Source: Trichosphaerium sp. ATCC 40318
Taxonomy: Eukaryota > Protista > Tubulinea
Length of the DNA stretch: 64,000 nucleotides
Direction of reading: 5' to 3'
NCBI GenBank assembly: GCA_038496445.1
Contig: JALMLS010000042.1
Location: 1 to 64,000 of the forward strand
Shown here in pieces: positions 11,531 through 24,141 of this stretch; within the stretch, counting starts at the first letter, position 1, and each line of letters starts with the position of its first letter. Both the position numbers and the translations under genes were made by a program. The notes below the pieces were generated by a model. The model ran no database searches, had not been told where the DNA came from, and worked only from the letters and a program-made list of their open reading frames with translations.

Positions 11531-13159
11531 ATGAGTGCGGACGAAACTACAGCAATGATTAAAAAGGCAGCAGATGGTTTGACTGCTAATGGATGTAAGG
11601 CGCATGTCCTGGACAAAGCGCAAGGTCTGAAGCAAATGTTACCACTATTGGCTGAAAACAATCTGGCTGTAGCCTTTGATTTCGACCAAACGCTCAAAAA
11701 GGTATTAAAACCATGTAATTACGCGGAAAAGGCGCATCACAGTTATTTTTGACGAAAAAAGTGGAGCATTTCATTTAATCAGTATTTCAGGTCGAAAAAA
11801 AAGGCATTAAAACCACTACAACTGTACGTGGAGAAGCTAACACATTTGAACTGCTGGACGAATTGCACAAAAGAGGTGTGCCAATGGCCATTATTACAGG
11901 TAACGTAGCTGTTTGTAAGCCGATCACGTGACTGTATTATTTCCACAGCACAACCGACTACTTTGGAAGCAGTGAAAAATTTAAGGAGAGAGTGTGTAAC
12001 ACTTGGACTTGATAAATATTTTGATGTTGAAGAATATACGCTTGAGGTTGTATACAAACACTTAAAGACTTTTGGCAAAAATGCGGTTCGTGGTTGACAC
12101 GTGTTTGGCTCAGCTTTCTAAACTTTGAAAAGGATATGTCTATTGATAAGTTGACAGCAAAGCTGGCAATTTTACTTTGTCATAAAAGTCGCTTCCCACA
12201 TGACTTGTGTATGTCGTTTTTTAACTTTACAACATGAAGCCTAACAAACCTAGCACGCTTAGGATATTCAAACTTTGAAATCAAAGATAAGGTGATTACA
12301 TACTACTTAAAGGACATGAGAGATATAGCTGCAGAGGATGATTGGTACACTTCACTAATTTAGCACTTTGGGTGTAACTGTTATTGAGAAGGTCTGCGAG
12401 GCAAACAATAAAGGCAAATGAAGACACAGACTTATGTCCAGTTTCTGCATGGAAAGCGTTCATTGAGGTAGTATACAATCCGTAACACTGCTGTTTAACA
12501 GACCTTCAGCGTACTAAAGAGTGGCATACTGATAAGAGTCCAGATAGATTGTTCCTGGAGGGGTCTGAACCTCACAATGCATACTCTGAAACTGCACTTA
12601 CTGAACTAGTAAAGGCAATTCTTGAGGTACGAGTCACAATCAATGGCACATTGCTAACATACTTGAAGGAATCCGGTTTGGAAAAAACTTATGTTGGATA
12701 CACACTTGAAAATCCAGCTCAGGTTCGCGTGTTATCCAATGATGTAAGGTTGGCCACTTATGGCATCAACTTGATAAGTGCGCGGTACAACAAACCAGAA
12801 GCCCTAGAGCTCTGGTTAGAGCAGCTTGATACTAACATTACACATGTTGCATTTGTTGATGATAACTCTGACAATGCAACTAATGTACTGGCTTACTTTG
12901 CAGCATTCAGTGATGCAAATAATGCAAAGTACAATAAGGTTAGAAAACTTCGTACTTCTTTTTCAAGTGTACTCACCTCTTGGTATTAGGATATGCCAAC
13001 AGTATCAAGCTTTTGGTATCCGGCTCCATCAGACGGTATGTCACATGCCAGATGACACGCTATCGTTATATTAATCATATACAAATAGGTAAAGACGAGC
13101 ACTTTGATGAAACCACAAGGAGGCTTTTCCGTTGTGCTGCAGGTGAAAATGATTTTTAG
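11531..13159 (+). CDS. HAD-superfamily hydrolase (DUF2608-like), multi-exon
   Basis: Motif I AFDFDQTL, NKPEAL, motif IV VAFVDDNSDN. Confidence 0.7.
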
Positions 13160-13376
13160 CTCTTCGACTAGTCCTAAATCTAGTATTGCACGTTTTCTTG
13201 TAACAATGTTTCCTAAAAATAAAAACACTATCGAGAAATCGTAGAAACAAACTCGTAACTCATACTCGCGTGACGTCACTTGAGTTGACCACTCAACAAA
13301 TTGTTGCAAGGATGGTCTTCAGAAGTCTTCAGATATTCAAAGAACCCCACGTTAATCAAACCAGCGTGTAATTCCA

Positions 13377-15130
13377 ATGGAGGTACCGCAAGAAGATCAA
13401 ACACCTACAGTGCTTACGTACGTTAAATGCGCACTTCATCCGCGACTGATTATCTCCAGAGAACCCCCTGTGGATCCGGCGCTCATAAGCGACTCTTGTG
13501 TCGCTCTTAAGAACCCCAAGACTGGTATATTTAATAATTACGCTTTCGTAGACTAAATCATTGTAGGTGGCTATGTTTACGTCGTAGGAACAGCGCACGT
13601 ATCAAAGGCAAGCGCAGATGAGGTCCAAAAGGCAATTGAACTCGTCAAACCACAACAAGTAGTTATTGAGTTGTGTCCGAGCAGAATTTCGGTTCTATCT
13701 CTACCAGACACAGTTCCAAAGTGCGTAAGAATTGTCAATCTGAAAAAAAAAGTAAATGACGTCAGGTTTTTATCGTAACTCGAAAAACCTCTGTACCATT
13801 GGTTCTAGTTGCTGACGCCACGTCACATTTTTCTTTTATGACATTTTTTTATAAATCAGCAAAAAGCGTTGTTTGTTACCTCCAATTTACAATACAAAAG
13901 GCCAGAACCAGTGGTAGAAACAACCACGTCTAAATGGATAAAATTCTTTACTTGGCAAGGTAAGTTATTCTCGCTTAAATTCTTCCTCTATCTGTCCTCT
14001 AACACGCTAAAAAGTACTGCCAATTGCATCTGAGATAGGCTTACTTGCATTTTACAGTATGGGAAAAATCAGTGGTCTTGTGTACGTGTCACAGGAAGGA
14101 AATCTTTCACCAAATACGCGTATGAACATTTTTGCTAACTCTTACATTCTAGATTGGGCGTCAGTTCACTATTGCTTGTATTGTTTTACTTTGTTGTCAA
14201 GCCCATTCTATCAAACACATCTGATTCATTTGCGAGTCTATGGAAGGTAGCTACAGCCAAGGGATCTACAGGAGGACCATTTGCTATCCTAATGATGTGG
14301 TTTTACGCTCAAGTTGTAGACAAAGTAAGTAGCACATTAGAAATGACATCTGAACACGTGTTAAACCATTACTAGATTGGTGTTGTCCCTGGCGCAGAAT
14401 TCCGTGCAGCTCTTCGTGCAGCTCAGAGTATAAATGCTACTGTAGTATTGGGTGATCGACCAGTACATGTACGTTGTTGTTGTGATGTGAATCAATATGT
14501 CATTCTTCACCTCTTTTGACAACAAGCTTAACCTCTGTTTAGATAACAACAAAGCGCACGTGGCATGCTCTATCTCTATGGGAGAAAGCAAAACTTATTT
14601 TCTCGCTGTTGTGGTCAATTAATGATATTTCTCTTGATGAAGTTGAACAGTAAGTGTTTGATGTTTTAAAGAAATGCTAAAAAAAGTTGCCTTGTAGAAT
14701 GAAGCAAAAGGACTTTTTAACTGATGCTTTTGAACAACTATCCCAAGAATATCCATCATTGGCAGAACCTCTAATTTATGAACGTGATAAGTTCCTAACA
14801 CACTCACTTGTACGGCAATCTTGACCATTTTTTTACCGCTAGTGAATCTTGTTTTTGAGTTTTCATGCATTCACTTTACTGAACTTTGTTGTAACGCCTC
14901 TTTAACTTACGTATGTGTAGCGTTCTTGTGTCGGACCAATTGTCGTTGGTGTCGTTGGATTAGGTCACGTGAACGGTATACAAAAGTGGTGGGACAAAGA
15001 GTTCGGTATTAAAGAAATAATGCAATTACCACCAAGTAAACCTTCATGGTTATGGTGGATTACAAAATGGGGTAGTCTTGGTGTAGTTTTGTCTATATTG
15101 GGCTATAATATGTATAGTTACTTCATGTAA
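13377..15130 (+). CDS. TraB-domain protein (TRABD-like) with a C-terminal TM helix
   Basis: VYVVGTAHVSKASADEV..IELCPSR, PGAEFRAA, VLGDRPV, LIYERDKFL, VGVVGLGH. Confidence 0.9.
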
Positions 15131-15219
15131 AATTATAAACACTTTGCAATAAGCGCAAAACAAAGACATTTGTTGGTATAACTTTTTCTGTTTTACTTCC
15201 ACTTTACAGTTTTTTTGTT

Positions 15220-16997
15220 CTACTTCTTCTTGCTTTGCTTTGCTGCGGAATTTGCTTCGTTTTGAGAAACAAGGTATGCAGTAACATCAACACCAAGCTC
15301 TTTTAAGCTTGTCAAGAACTCTAATTGCTTTTTGTACCCGAGTTCTTTTATTTCCAAGTCTTGCTTTAACTTTGCTTGCAAACGTTCATTCTATAAATAA
15401 AAACTTAGCCACGTGATCGAAAATAAACGGTTTCAAAATGACAAGAACATACCTCTAATTGCAAGTCCATCTTCTTTAATTCAATCTTATGACGTGCTTC
15501 CTCTGCGCGCAGAGTGTTCTCTCTTTGAACTCTAGCTTGTTCACGTTCCAACTAAATTCAAGTCGTCAGTATCACTTCAACTCATGGAGCAACAAACATG
15601 TAGTTAACTTACCTTAAAGTCAAGCATTTGTTGATGTTGTTTATCCTTATCTGCATCCAAAGCAAGTTGGGCACGACGAGCGATACCTTCATCCACCATC
15701 TTTTGTAGGGCTTGTCCAGCTTGGAAACCTAAGAGGAAGATATTTAGCCATGGTTTCATTTTAAAGCCAAAAAGATCATACCTTTAAACACGACTTTATT
15801 TAAATCATAGCCTATTCGCTTTGCCATTTCACGTGTTTCTTTGTATGTTTTGAGGTCATTGAAGGCCTCAGTAGTTCCCTTAAACTTTATAAAGATTGTC
15901 TTTGCAACAGCTTGAATGACATCTGTAGCGACAGCGTTTGACAAATCAGATATTGGATCTTGTGTAGCATCAATCATTTTTTTTACATCTACAAGAAAAA
16001 ATGTTAGAAAGTGAAAGCAAGGGCACAAAACTAGAGCCTGAACGTACTTGCTATTTGAAAAAACACTCTCAAGTTAACATTGAGTAGTGCGTCATCAGCT
16101 GTACGGACATATTCAACATCAATATCCATGGTATCAGGCGTAGTTCTTAATTTATAGAAAGAGGCACTAATCAAGGAAAAAAAAGTGTCAACGAGAATAG
16201 GTCACTAATGATTGCTCGTACGTTGTCTCATCGTTCTTCCATGAGAACTTGTGTATCCAAGACTTTGGCTCTGGAATATAGAGTTTAGGACCATCGATAA
16301 TCTTACGCTTGACGCCTTCATCTGTCTCGTAGTATATGATAATACACTAAAGAAGTAAAACAAGTCAGTATGGAAAATTCAACAAAAAATTAACGGATTG
16401 TGTTGAGAAATCTCAACTAACCTCATTTTTGTCTACAGTCACTTTTTTTGCGACTGACATATTCTTATGCCTTGAAGGATCGAACCACAAATCGTATGGT
16501 CCAGGTTGAACCTCTTTTTTACCGTTTAGGTATTCAATGTCCATATACTCTTCGGGAGCTGCCGTGTGATGTTTCTATAAGTACCAATTGTTAGTTCAGA
16601 CTTGTTAGAGTTATTTCGTTCGTACCAGCTCTATATATTCTGATTTGTATGCGGACTCTTTCTTTGGACCCTCTACGATACGGAAAGTACCTTTACAGAC
16701 ATTTTAGCGTTATAAATCAAACAAATGCTATTTTAGGTTTTGTACCTTCAGAATCCCATATTCCAATCTTTTTACCTTGTTCGACCTTTATGGTGCCCCA
16801 ATAGATACTTTTACGACCACTAGAATAAGTTGTATTTGAGTATGAGCGTATAGGCGCTTGTTGTATCGTCTCTGCTCTACTGTAGTTCTATTTGTACCAT
16901 TAGATCGTGATACACCTTCTCTGTAGCTACTGAAAAACAAGAACTGGTCAATACGTACACCCCAATGTGCTCTAGCCTTGACTTTCCTTTCCATCAT
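15220..16997 (-). CDS. SPFH/band-7-like protein with major-vault-protein-like N-terminal repeats and a coiled-coil tail
   Basis: Three GP-containing beta repeats (RIVEGPKR, EVQPGPYD, KIIDGPKLYIP), then VRTADDALLNVNLRVFFQIADVKKMIDATQDPI and a long charged helix. Confidence 0.55.
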
Positions 16998-17158
16998 AAT
17001 CTGTTTTATAAGTTTTTGGCAACGTTGAAGTTTGGATTTTACGGTCTTTAATTATCTGAAAACAAATTAACGCCTTGATGGTTCACTAATGGTCTTTATT
17101 TGAAATTGGGTTAGCGAAAAGGTTTTTTTGATTATGCAAACACCGATAGCTCCTTTAC

Positions 17159-18466
17159 CTCCTTAAGTGTAAATCGAAAAAAAGTTAGAGGTGTAACAAA
17201 AAATCACAATATCAAATATAAAGCGTGCCAACAGCCCGTAATGTACCTAAATAGACAGAAATAGGTATTTATATGCGAAAAGAAGCCTTAGAAAAAGAGA
17301 ACACTCAGAAGATAGGAGTACACTCCTTGTATTACTATTGAAGTATTATCCTACGCTTAAACAGCCATAAAACCATAAAATGTCAGAAACAGACACAAAA
17401 CGCCTTAAAGTTTAAAACAAAGGTTGCGTTACCTTGAATGCGCCAAATAAAGCTTAGTTTGGTGTATAAAAAGCGATGAAATAGGTTCTGGCGTGCAATC
17501 AAGATACGTTTCATTGAAATTGTGGAATGGCAGTTCACATATTTACCAGCGATGATACCACACACGACGCAATACTCTGTTAATCGTATTGTATAGTGTA
17601 TACACGCGTAGAATAATCTCCTCATAGAGCTTTCACTGCTAGAATTCTTCTTTAAACTGTGTGACATATCAAACTTTGCTTGAGGAAGGTAGTAGCACTT
17701 AATGTAACAGCCTAGGCAGAGATGAATAGCCAGAATTTTGTGCCGAGTTTGGTTTGAAAAAAAAATCCAAAGTGCGAAGGTTTCAAAATTCTGTGACTAG
17801 GAACCATCTAAAATATGCACCTTTCACGTTTTTGCTAAAATATACCATTAGAGCCAATAAAAAAGGTACAACTGTAGGTCATGGGTACATTTTTAGAGCA
17901 AAATGGTTAATTTACGAATGTTAAAAAAAGCAAAAATCCACCAAAATAACTTTGCTTAGAGGCTCTGTAGAATAGTAAAAGTTCGAATAGTACAAGAACA
18001 AATGTTTTTAAGGTAAGTAAAACACAAAAGAACAATATAGATGATAGAGATCCAAGCCAGTGAGAAGTTCAAATTTTGAAAAATTGACAAATGTATTTTT
18101 AGCCAGCTTTTCTGTGTTGCAACTGTGAACGTTCACAGAGTATATATAAAATTCTTATACGCTTCAATGTTCGTAAATATTGTATTTAAATAGATTAGGA
18201 ATGTCAAAACTGCTTAAGTGCATAATAGGGAATCACTGGCTATGAAAGGTTGATTTCATCTTAAAAAAGCCGTTTTGCCACTTTTAGTGTTAAGACTTTT
18301 TGATAGTACAGTTGTTTCAATACTAAGTCATAATTACATATATACATGCTAAGTATACTTAGTACGTACGATACTGTTTTGGCACATTTCTGATTACACT
18401 CAATCCCAAAAATGGGTCAGTAATATTTTGTTACACCTAACTTTTTTTCGAGTTACACCTAAGGAG
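17159..18466. mobile_element. Non-autonomous DNA transposon (1308 bp) with about 45-bp imperfect TIRs and a 5-bp TSD (TTTAC)
   Basis: Left end CTCCTTAAGTGTAAATCGAAAAAAAGTTAGAGGTGTAACAAAA matches the reverse complement of the right end, CTCCTTAGGTGTAACTCGAAAAAAAGTTAGGTGTAACAAAA. TTTAC lies at 17154-17158 and 18467-18471. No transposase ORF recognised. Confidence 0.85.
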
Positions 18467-18864
18467 TTTACCAAACCTCTACGTGGAGATGGTCTTTGAC
18501 ACGTGGTGAGAAAATTCTTGAACATTCAATTTTGAAGTTGAAGTGGACGCGATAGTATACCATAGCAAATAAAGGGATGTACTAGATAACGAGCTGATGT
18601 ACTTTCCATGAACTTACATTGACCATTATCATTTCCAATTATCAAACATTTTCTACAAAGAGCAATAGCAAGTTGCTTTGCGAGTCAATACTTCTGTCTT
18701 TCAATTTAAATATTCAATACAAAGTTTCCGTTTTACGTTCAAGGTCTGTAATAATAATGTTTGACAAGTTGCTCGTAGACTACAAGCATACAAGTTATAC
18801 GTATCATTGGTAGTACGCTACGCTTTGATAATATTTTAACAGGAGCCAACTCAAGGTTTTGTTT

Positions 18865-19873
18865 CAGTCTAAAAAACATAAACAACACATCAATTTTGTG
18901 GGCGTCACGCACTTTCTTTGTTGATTACTGAAGTACCACATTGACAAACCTATTTATGGAATATCAGATTGCTAATAAACAAAAAAGTACTGTTACCATT
19001 ACAACTGGCTTGACATAAACCTGCTATCAGACCTGATGTTAGGTATAACGGTATACCATCTTGCAAAGGTGAATGTTTTGTAAATAAGTCCTTTGAGTGG
19101 AAGTATAATGTTATAGATGCAACATTAGAGAAGAAATACCTAAAAGCAGTATTAACCAAATCACTTGTCTTCGACTAAGGATGCTGTTCTTTTGTCTATT
19201 TAAAACATACGGTAATGTATATATGTTGAATCTCCATAGGCTCAATATACCTATTACAGTGATTGAGAAGAAGTGGTGCTTCTTGAGCCAGTGGTACCTT
19301 CCTGTTGCACACTACGTTTAATAAATTCGCAGTAATTGCGAATTACTTGAGTAAGCATTAACGGTTCACGTGTTCGTGACATACGAATGCTTACTGTTCG
19401 AAGTGGTCCGCTAACAATAATACCCAGAGCTACACCAAGTGAATTGGCTGTTATCTTCTCAGAGATGGTTAGAGTCCTAGATCCGTCCGTCCATTTATTT
19501 TCAAAGTACTTTTGTAAAACCATTAATAAGGGTCAAAACAAACTTGATATCGTTGCTCACGTGATACATCCATAAATGCGGACCAACTTGTAGGCTTGAA
19601 CGAACAAGAACGCCTGGTACGGTGCTAGAAAAGACGAAAGTATGACAAGCTTGTTAACTCTAGAAGAGTGTAAAATACGCTGACAACTTACCGTATAAAC
19701 TCTTTATATGGTTTGGAAGTGAATTGGTAGTCAACTAACTAAATGGCTTAGAAAAACGATCAAATAACTATTATTTCGTTACGCACATATGCCAGTGAAG
19801 TTGCTATGTAATTAGCAGTAACTGCACCACCAAACACAATACTATTCTGGTACAAAGTCATATCTTTGGCCAT
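18865..19873 (-). CDS. Divergent mitochondrial-carrier-like (SLC25) membrane protein; 3' end uncertain
   Basis: Carrier-like helix plus a Px..x.R motif (GVALGIIVSGPLRTVSIRM; YLTSGLIAGLCQ); multi-exon. Confidence 0.45.
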
Positions 19874-20187
19874 CTGCTATGCTATAGTACTCTTTAACCC
19901 TGATTCCACGCTTTTGTACAAGTTTTAACGTTTTTGGGTAGCCTTAAACTGCACAACGCGTTGTGACAAATTTCATTGAACAGAATTCAATATTGTGGTC
20001 TTGCTGCGCCAGTGAAAAAGCAAACACATATGAAATAACGCTAGCATCTTGAGAAAAGAAGGAAAACCAAGTTACATCTAAATCGCACGTGATAAAAAGT
20101 GTAAATCATGGTGGTTTTGAACAATAACGACTGTCTTAGTTTTTAATTAGTTGCGGTTTAGCAAGCTTTGCTTCACCGTCATCCTCT

Positions 20188-21396
20188 ATGCAATCATCAA
20201 GCGGATATTTAGTGCACGTTGATGGTATCAATCTTTTAGACATGCCCACAGAGATAATGGCTCATTTGCTGTCGTTTGTGGACCCATACAATCGATTTCC
20301 CGTTTCTCAAAGTTGTAAACTATTATCAGACGTCATTCACCATCACGTAGGATACCATGAAATTTTTGTATCAAGCGCAAGTTGTTCTCTTCTTTACGAA
20401 AGTCCTCTTTTAAAAAATACCAAAATATTGCTAAGACGTGATGTCACCAACAGAGACCTCTTTCTACTTTCTGGTGTTCACTCTCTCGTAGCGTATGTGA
20501 ACACAAACATCACAGACACGGGATTACAGTACATTTGTGGAGTCCGCCGACTAACATTGAATCGGTGTCCAAAGATTACATACAGGGGAATAATACCTCT
20601 TGTTAAACATCTCAAATGTATTCGGTTGTCAAGCGGTTTCAACATAGCAGAGTCAGATATGAAAGTGCTCGCTGGGATACCAAATATACATCTGCCGGGC
20701 TCTAAAGTAACAGATGATGTATTGTCCGTGTTATCTGGAGTGCATACCATAGTATTACTATCGTGTTGGGACATAACAGACAAAGGTATTTCAGCATTGG
20801 CCGGTGTACATACCATAAACTTGGCGCACACTCACATGACAGATAAAGGTGTCTCTGCGTTAGTTGGTGTACACACAATAGATATAAGTCATTGTTTACT
20901 TGTAACAGACTCAAGTATATCAAAACTAGACAATGTACAAAAAATCTACTTGTCAGGTTGTCTAGGAATCACTGGATCATGTATGAAAAGTCTTGCCGGG
21001 GTAGAAACAATTGATTTGTCTCTTACAAATGCAACAGATGATTGGATAGTCCCACTTGCTGGTGTTAAAAACATAGATCTATCAGCTTGTAAATATATCA
21101 CTGGATCTTGTATGAAAAGTCTCTCTAGTGCAAAGATCATTTACTTGTGTGATACAAAAGCAACTGATGATTGGCTTGTTCCACTTTCTGGTGTCAAAGC
21201 AATAGCCTTAAAAGGTTGTTCAAAGATTACAGACAAAGGTATTGAATCACTTAGCTTATGCACAATCTATTTGAAGAGAGGCATAGGAGATGAATGTAGA
21301 AATACTCTGAAAAGAAAAGGCGTAAAAATAGTGCAATTAACAAGACCTTCTTTTCTACAAGCAAGTGGTTTATTTTATTTACAAAACAACCTGTAA
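20188..21396 (+). CDS. Intronless F-box/leucine-rich repeat protein
   Basis: F-box LLDMPTEIMAHLLSFV..VSQSCKLL, then tandem LRRs of type ITDKGISALAGVHTINL. Confidence 0.9.
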   Translation: MQSSSGYLVHVDGINLLDMPTEIMAHLLSFVDPYNRFPVSQSCKLLSDVIHHHVGYHEIFVSSASCSLLYESPLLKNTKILLRRDVTNRDLFLLSGVHSLVAYVNTNITDTGLQYICGVRRLTLNRCPKITYRGIIPLVKHLKCIRLSSGFNIAESDMKVLAGIPNIHLPGSKVTDDVLSVLSGVHTIVLLSCWDITDKGISALAGVHTINLAHTHMTDKGVSALVGVHTIDISHCLLVTDSSISKLDNVQKIYLSGCLGITGSCMKSLAGVETIDLSLTNATDDWIVPLAGVKNIDLSACKYITGSCMKSLSSAKIIYLCDTKATDDWLVPLSGVKAIALKGCSKITDKGIESLSLCTIYLKRGIGDECRNTLKRKGVKIVQLTRPSFLQASGLFYLQNNL

Positions 21397-21483
21397 AAGC
21401 AGAAAAAAAATAAAAAAAAACTGACAGTGAGTGATAAGTGTTTAACCAAGTAACAAAAAGGTGATAAAAACAATTGAAAACAA

Positions 21484-23444
21484 TTATGCATCTTCAACTG
21501 TAACATCTGGGTGATAATCACCGCTACCTTCTGCAGGTATTATAGGTTTATCAACCTCAGATTCTTTCTTATCACCATCACTGGTACTTTGTTTTTCTTG
21601 ACCTTTATCATCACTTTCACGTCTATCTTTATCGTCTCTGTCTCTATCCCTATCATCGTGTGTATCACGCTTATCTCTATCATCATCTCTATCACGTCTA
21701 TCTTTATCATCCCTATCATCTCTATCACGTCGGTCTCTATCGTCTCTGTCATCCCTACGTCTTCTACTACGCCTATCACGACTACCACTTCTGCTACGAC
21801 TGCCTCGTCTGCGTCTATTAAAAACCAATAAGCAACAACCTTCTTGTTATTAAACTACACATACCTCTTATGACGAGAGTCTCTATCACGTCTGTTCTTC
21901 CTCTTGCGATCATCACGATCATCGTATCTATCTCGATCACGATCTCTACGTCTATCACCACGATCATCATCACGATCACGGTCACGTCTGCTTCTTCTGC
22001 TAGGATTCCTATCATTGTCTCTGAAATGACGTAATGGCCGCTCCTCTTGGCGTGTTTTAGTGCGCTTTTCATAGTCCTTTAACCTGTCTTTGTAACTACT
22101 TCCGACAGTGTACTGATGGGCATTGTCATTATTGTACTCAGAGTCAATAACGTGCCTATATTAAAATTCAGCGAAACATTCCTTCCTAAGTAACAAAAAA
22201 CCCAGAACAGTGTACGTACCTATTGCGCGGTTGAGGAGCTTCTAATCTAACGGCCATATCTTCGCTAGTTTTTTTCTCATGCATGAAATTGCAGTTTTTT
22301 CCACGCCTTCAAAGAAAAAAGTGTCAAAAAAAACCGAAGATAGATAGTAAAGATTACCTGCATTCTCCAAGTTCGTACTGCTTACAAATAGCTTCTCTAA
22401 AATCTGTAACAGGAGAAAACTCGACTTTAACTTCCTTCCCTATTAAATCATAAGCCAAACAAAGAGAAAAGAAGAAAAAAAGAGGAAAATAAATTTAAAA
22501 TGTCACAATGTGACACATTGACATACCTGCATAAAATCGGCCATTTATCGCCTGATAGCATTTTATAGCATCAGATGCCTCTTTGTATTTTGCATAAACG
22601 TTACCCTTCATATGTTCACAGAGGTTATCTACACAAACAAGCTCTTCTAGATCACCAAAGTTGCGTAATTCTGTAAGTACATCTTCATAGAACTCCTCGA
22701 AATGTTCTTGAGGGTCTTGCATATGCTAAAAGACTGTTACAACGGAATTCGGATTTTTGAATAAATTAATACACTACAAAAATGGGTGTGGCCCTTTTGG
22801 GGTTACTATTACCCTTTAACCTAAAGATTTTAAGCAAAAAAGCGGCAAAGTAAGCTCAGCAAAAAAAAAATCAACAAAAATTAAATTACAGCGTTTGAAA
22901 TCAATAAAAAAATTCTGAGAGGTTCACGAATCGATCAGATTCATAATATACTAATACCAGGCCATTTTTTTGAGATGTTTTTGAAAAAAAATAAAAAACA
23001 GGTCGTACGTTTGGTGCCATGCCAGCAGGGTAGTATGCTGCTGGCGGAGGTGTGTACATTCCTACGAATAGTACTGTTTCACTTTGTGGAGGTCTAGACG
23101 AAAAGTAAATGCTTTGGCTATTCTAAATGTAATAGTACCTGTTATGTCTTCTATTACACGTTTCGCCGTGTCTGCAAGACCCAATTTTGAAAAAGAAAGG
23201 GCAGTTAGACCTAAAGCGCTGATCAGAATACTTGTACGATAATTAAACTCTGCACGGTAATATAGTTGATAAACGGTAAAAGATTATGCCTGGGCGAAGA
23301 AAACGCATTTTTTTTGCACGCTGCTGGTAAAACAGCTGTAGTGCTTATCGTGTGTTCTAAAGACTATATGCCTTACCTGTCTTGTTCTGTACCATAAATC
23401 GAAGCAAGATATTCTGCCCCGCCTGACGGGCCGTCGTAACTCAT
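21484..23444 (-). CDS. U2AF1: Splicing factor U2AF small subunit (U2AF35) with an RD/RS-rich tail
   Basis: AEYLASIYGTEQDR|SNCPFFFKIGSCRHGETCNRRHN (ZnF1), UHM (HFEEFYEDV..DNLCEHMKGNVYAKY), FSPVTDFREAICKQYE (ZnF2). Confidence 0.95.
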
Positions 23445-23550
23445 GTTGTAGAGGTAAAAGCAATTGATTTATGAAACGTACAAGAACTAACAAGACCAAA
23501 TAAAGCTGAAGGAAAAATCTAGCCTCCCAGAGAGAGTAGAGTGGGTTGCA

Positions 23551-23895
23551 ATGAACCCCTCAAGGACGCGCAACAACAAACACGCCAACAAATTGAAGCA
23601 CAAAGGGTTTATAGATGAAAAACCACCTACAAGACAGCCAACGAGATGCTATTTACCTGGGATGCGTAAATTAGAGCGTAAAGTCCTCAGTGCAAAAGGT
23701 TGGAAATTTGGGGCTGGTGCTGAGGTCCTTGCACCTCCAGGGTGGCGTGTCGAGAAGGTTGAACGAGGCGAAAATGATGGTTACTCGTTTAGAATAAATT
23801 ACAGTATCTTTTCACCAAACAATAAACTGTTCGCAACAGGTGTTCTTTATTCCACAGGCGATGGTAGTTGGGCATCGTATACCTTTGACGTTTGA
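23551..23895 (+). CDS. Hypothetical intronless 114-aa protein, head-to-head with U2AF35
   Basis: Clean ATG ORF with protein-like composition; no family recognised. Confidence 0.45.
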   Translation: MNPSRTRNNKHANKLKHKGFIDEKPPTRQPTRCYLPGMRKLERKVLSAKGWKFGAGAEVLAPPGWRVEKVERGENDGYSFRINYSIFSPNNKLFATGVLYSTGDGSWASYTFDV

Positions 23896-24141
23896 GTACT
23901 TTCCGTATTATTCGTTTTGGCATGGTCAAACTTACTACAACTCTGATCACGCACTCAAAAACTGTGACAGAAGTGCGAGTGTAAAATAAAAAAGGAAAAC
24001 TAATGTACAAATATGACCAGTTTTCTATATCCCATAACCAACTTAACGTTACGCACTTTGAGCAATTCTTGGCAGTATTTATGGAGCGCTTGGTTATTTT
24101 GATTAGCTGCTGAACCTCTACTACATAAAAAAAGCCAATTG

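Noticed and set aside
13361-13375. 15-nt exact match CCAGCGTGTAATTCC also at 55381-55395
   Set aside because: A few 15-mer matches are expected by chance in 64 kb, and the flanks are unrelated.
17490-17640. Stop-interrupted frame in the TIR element with YTLYNTINRVLR, reminiscent of ADP-ribosyltransferases
   Set aside because: Too short and degenerate to support without a profile search.
21511-21831. Antisense and alternative-frame Ile/Ser/Thr-rich ORFs
   Set aside because: Shadow translations of the U2AF35 RD-repeat tail. Most other short ORFs overlapping called genes were rejected likewise.
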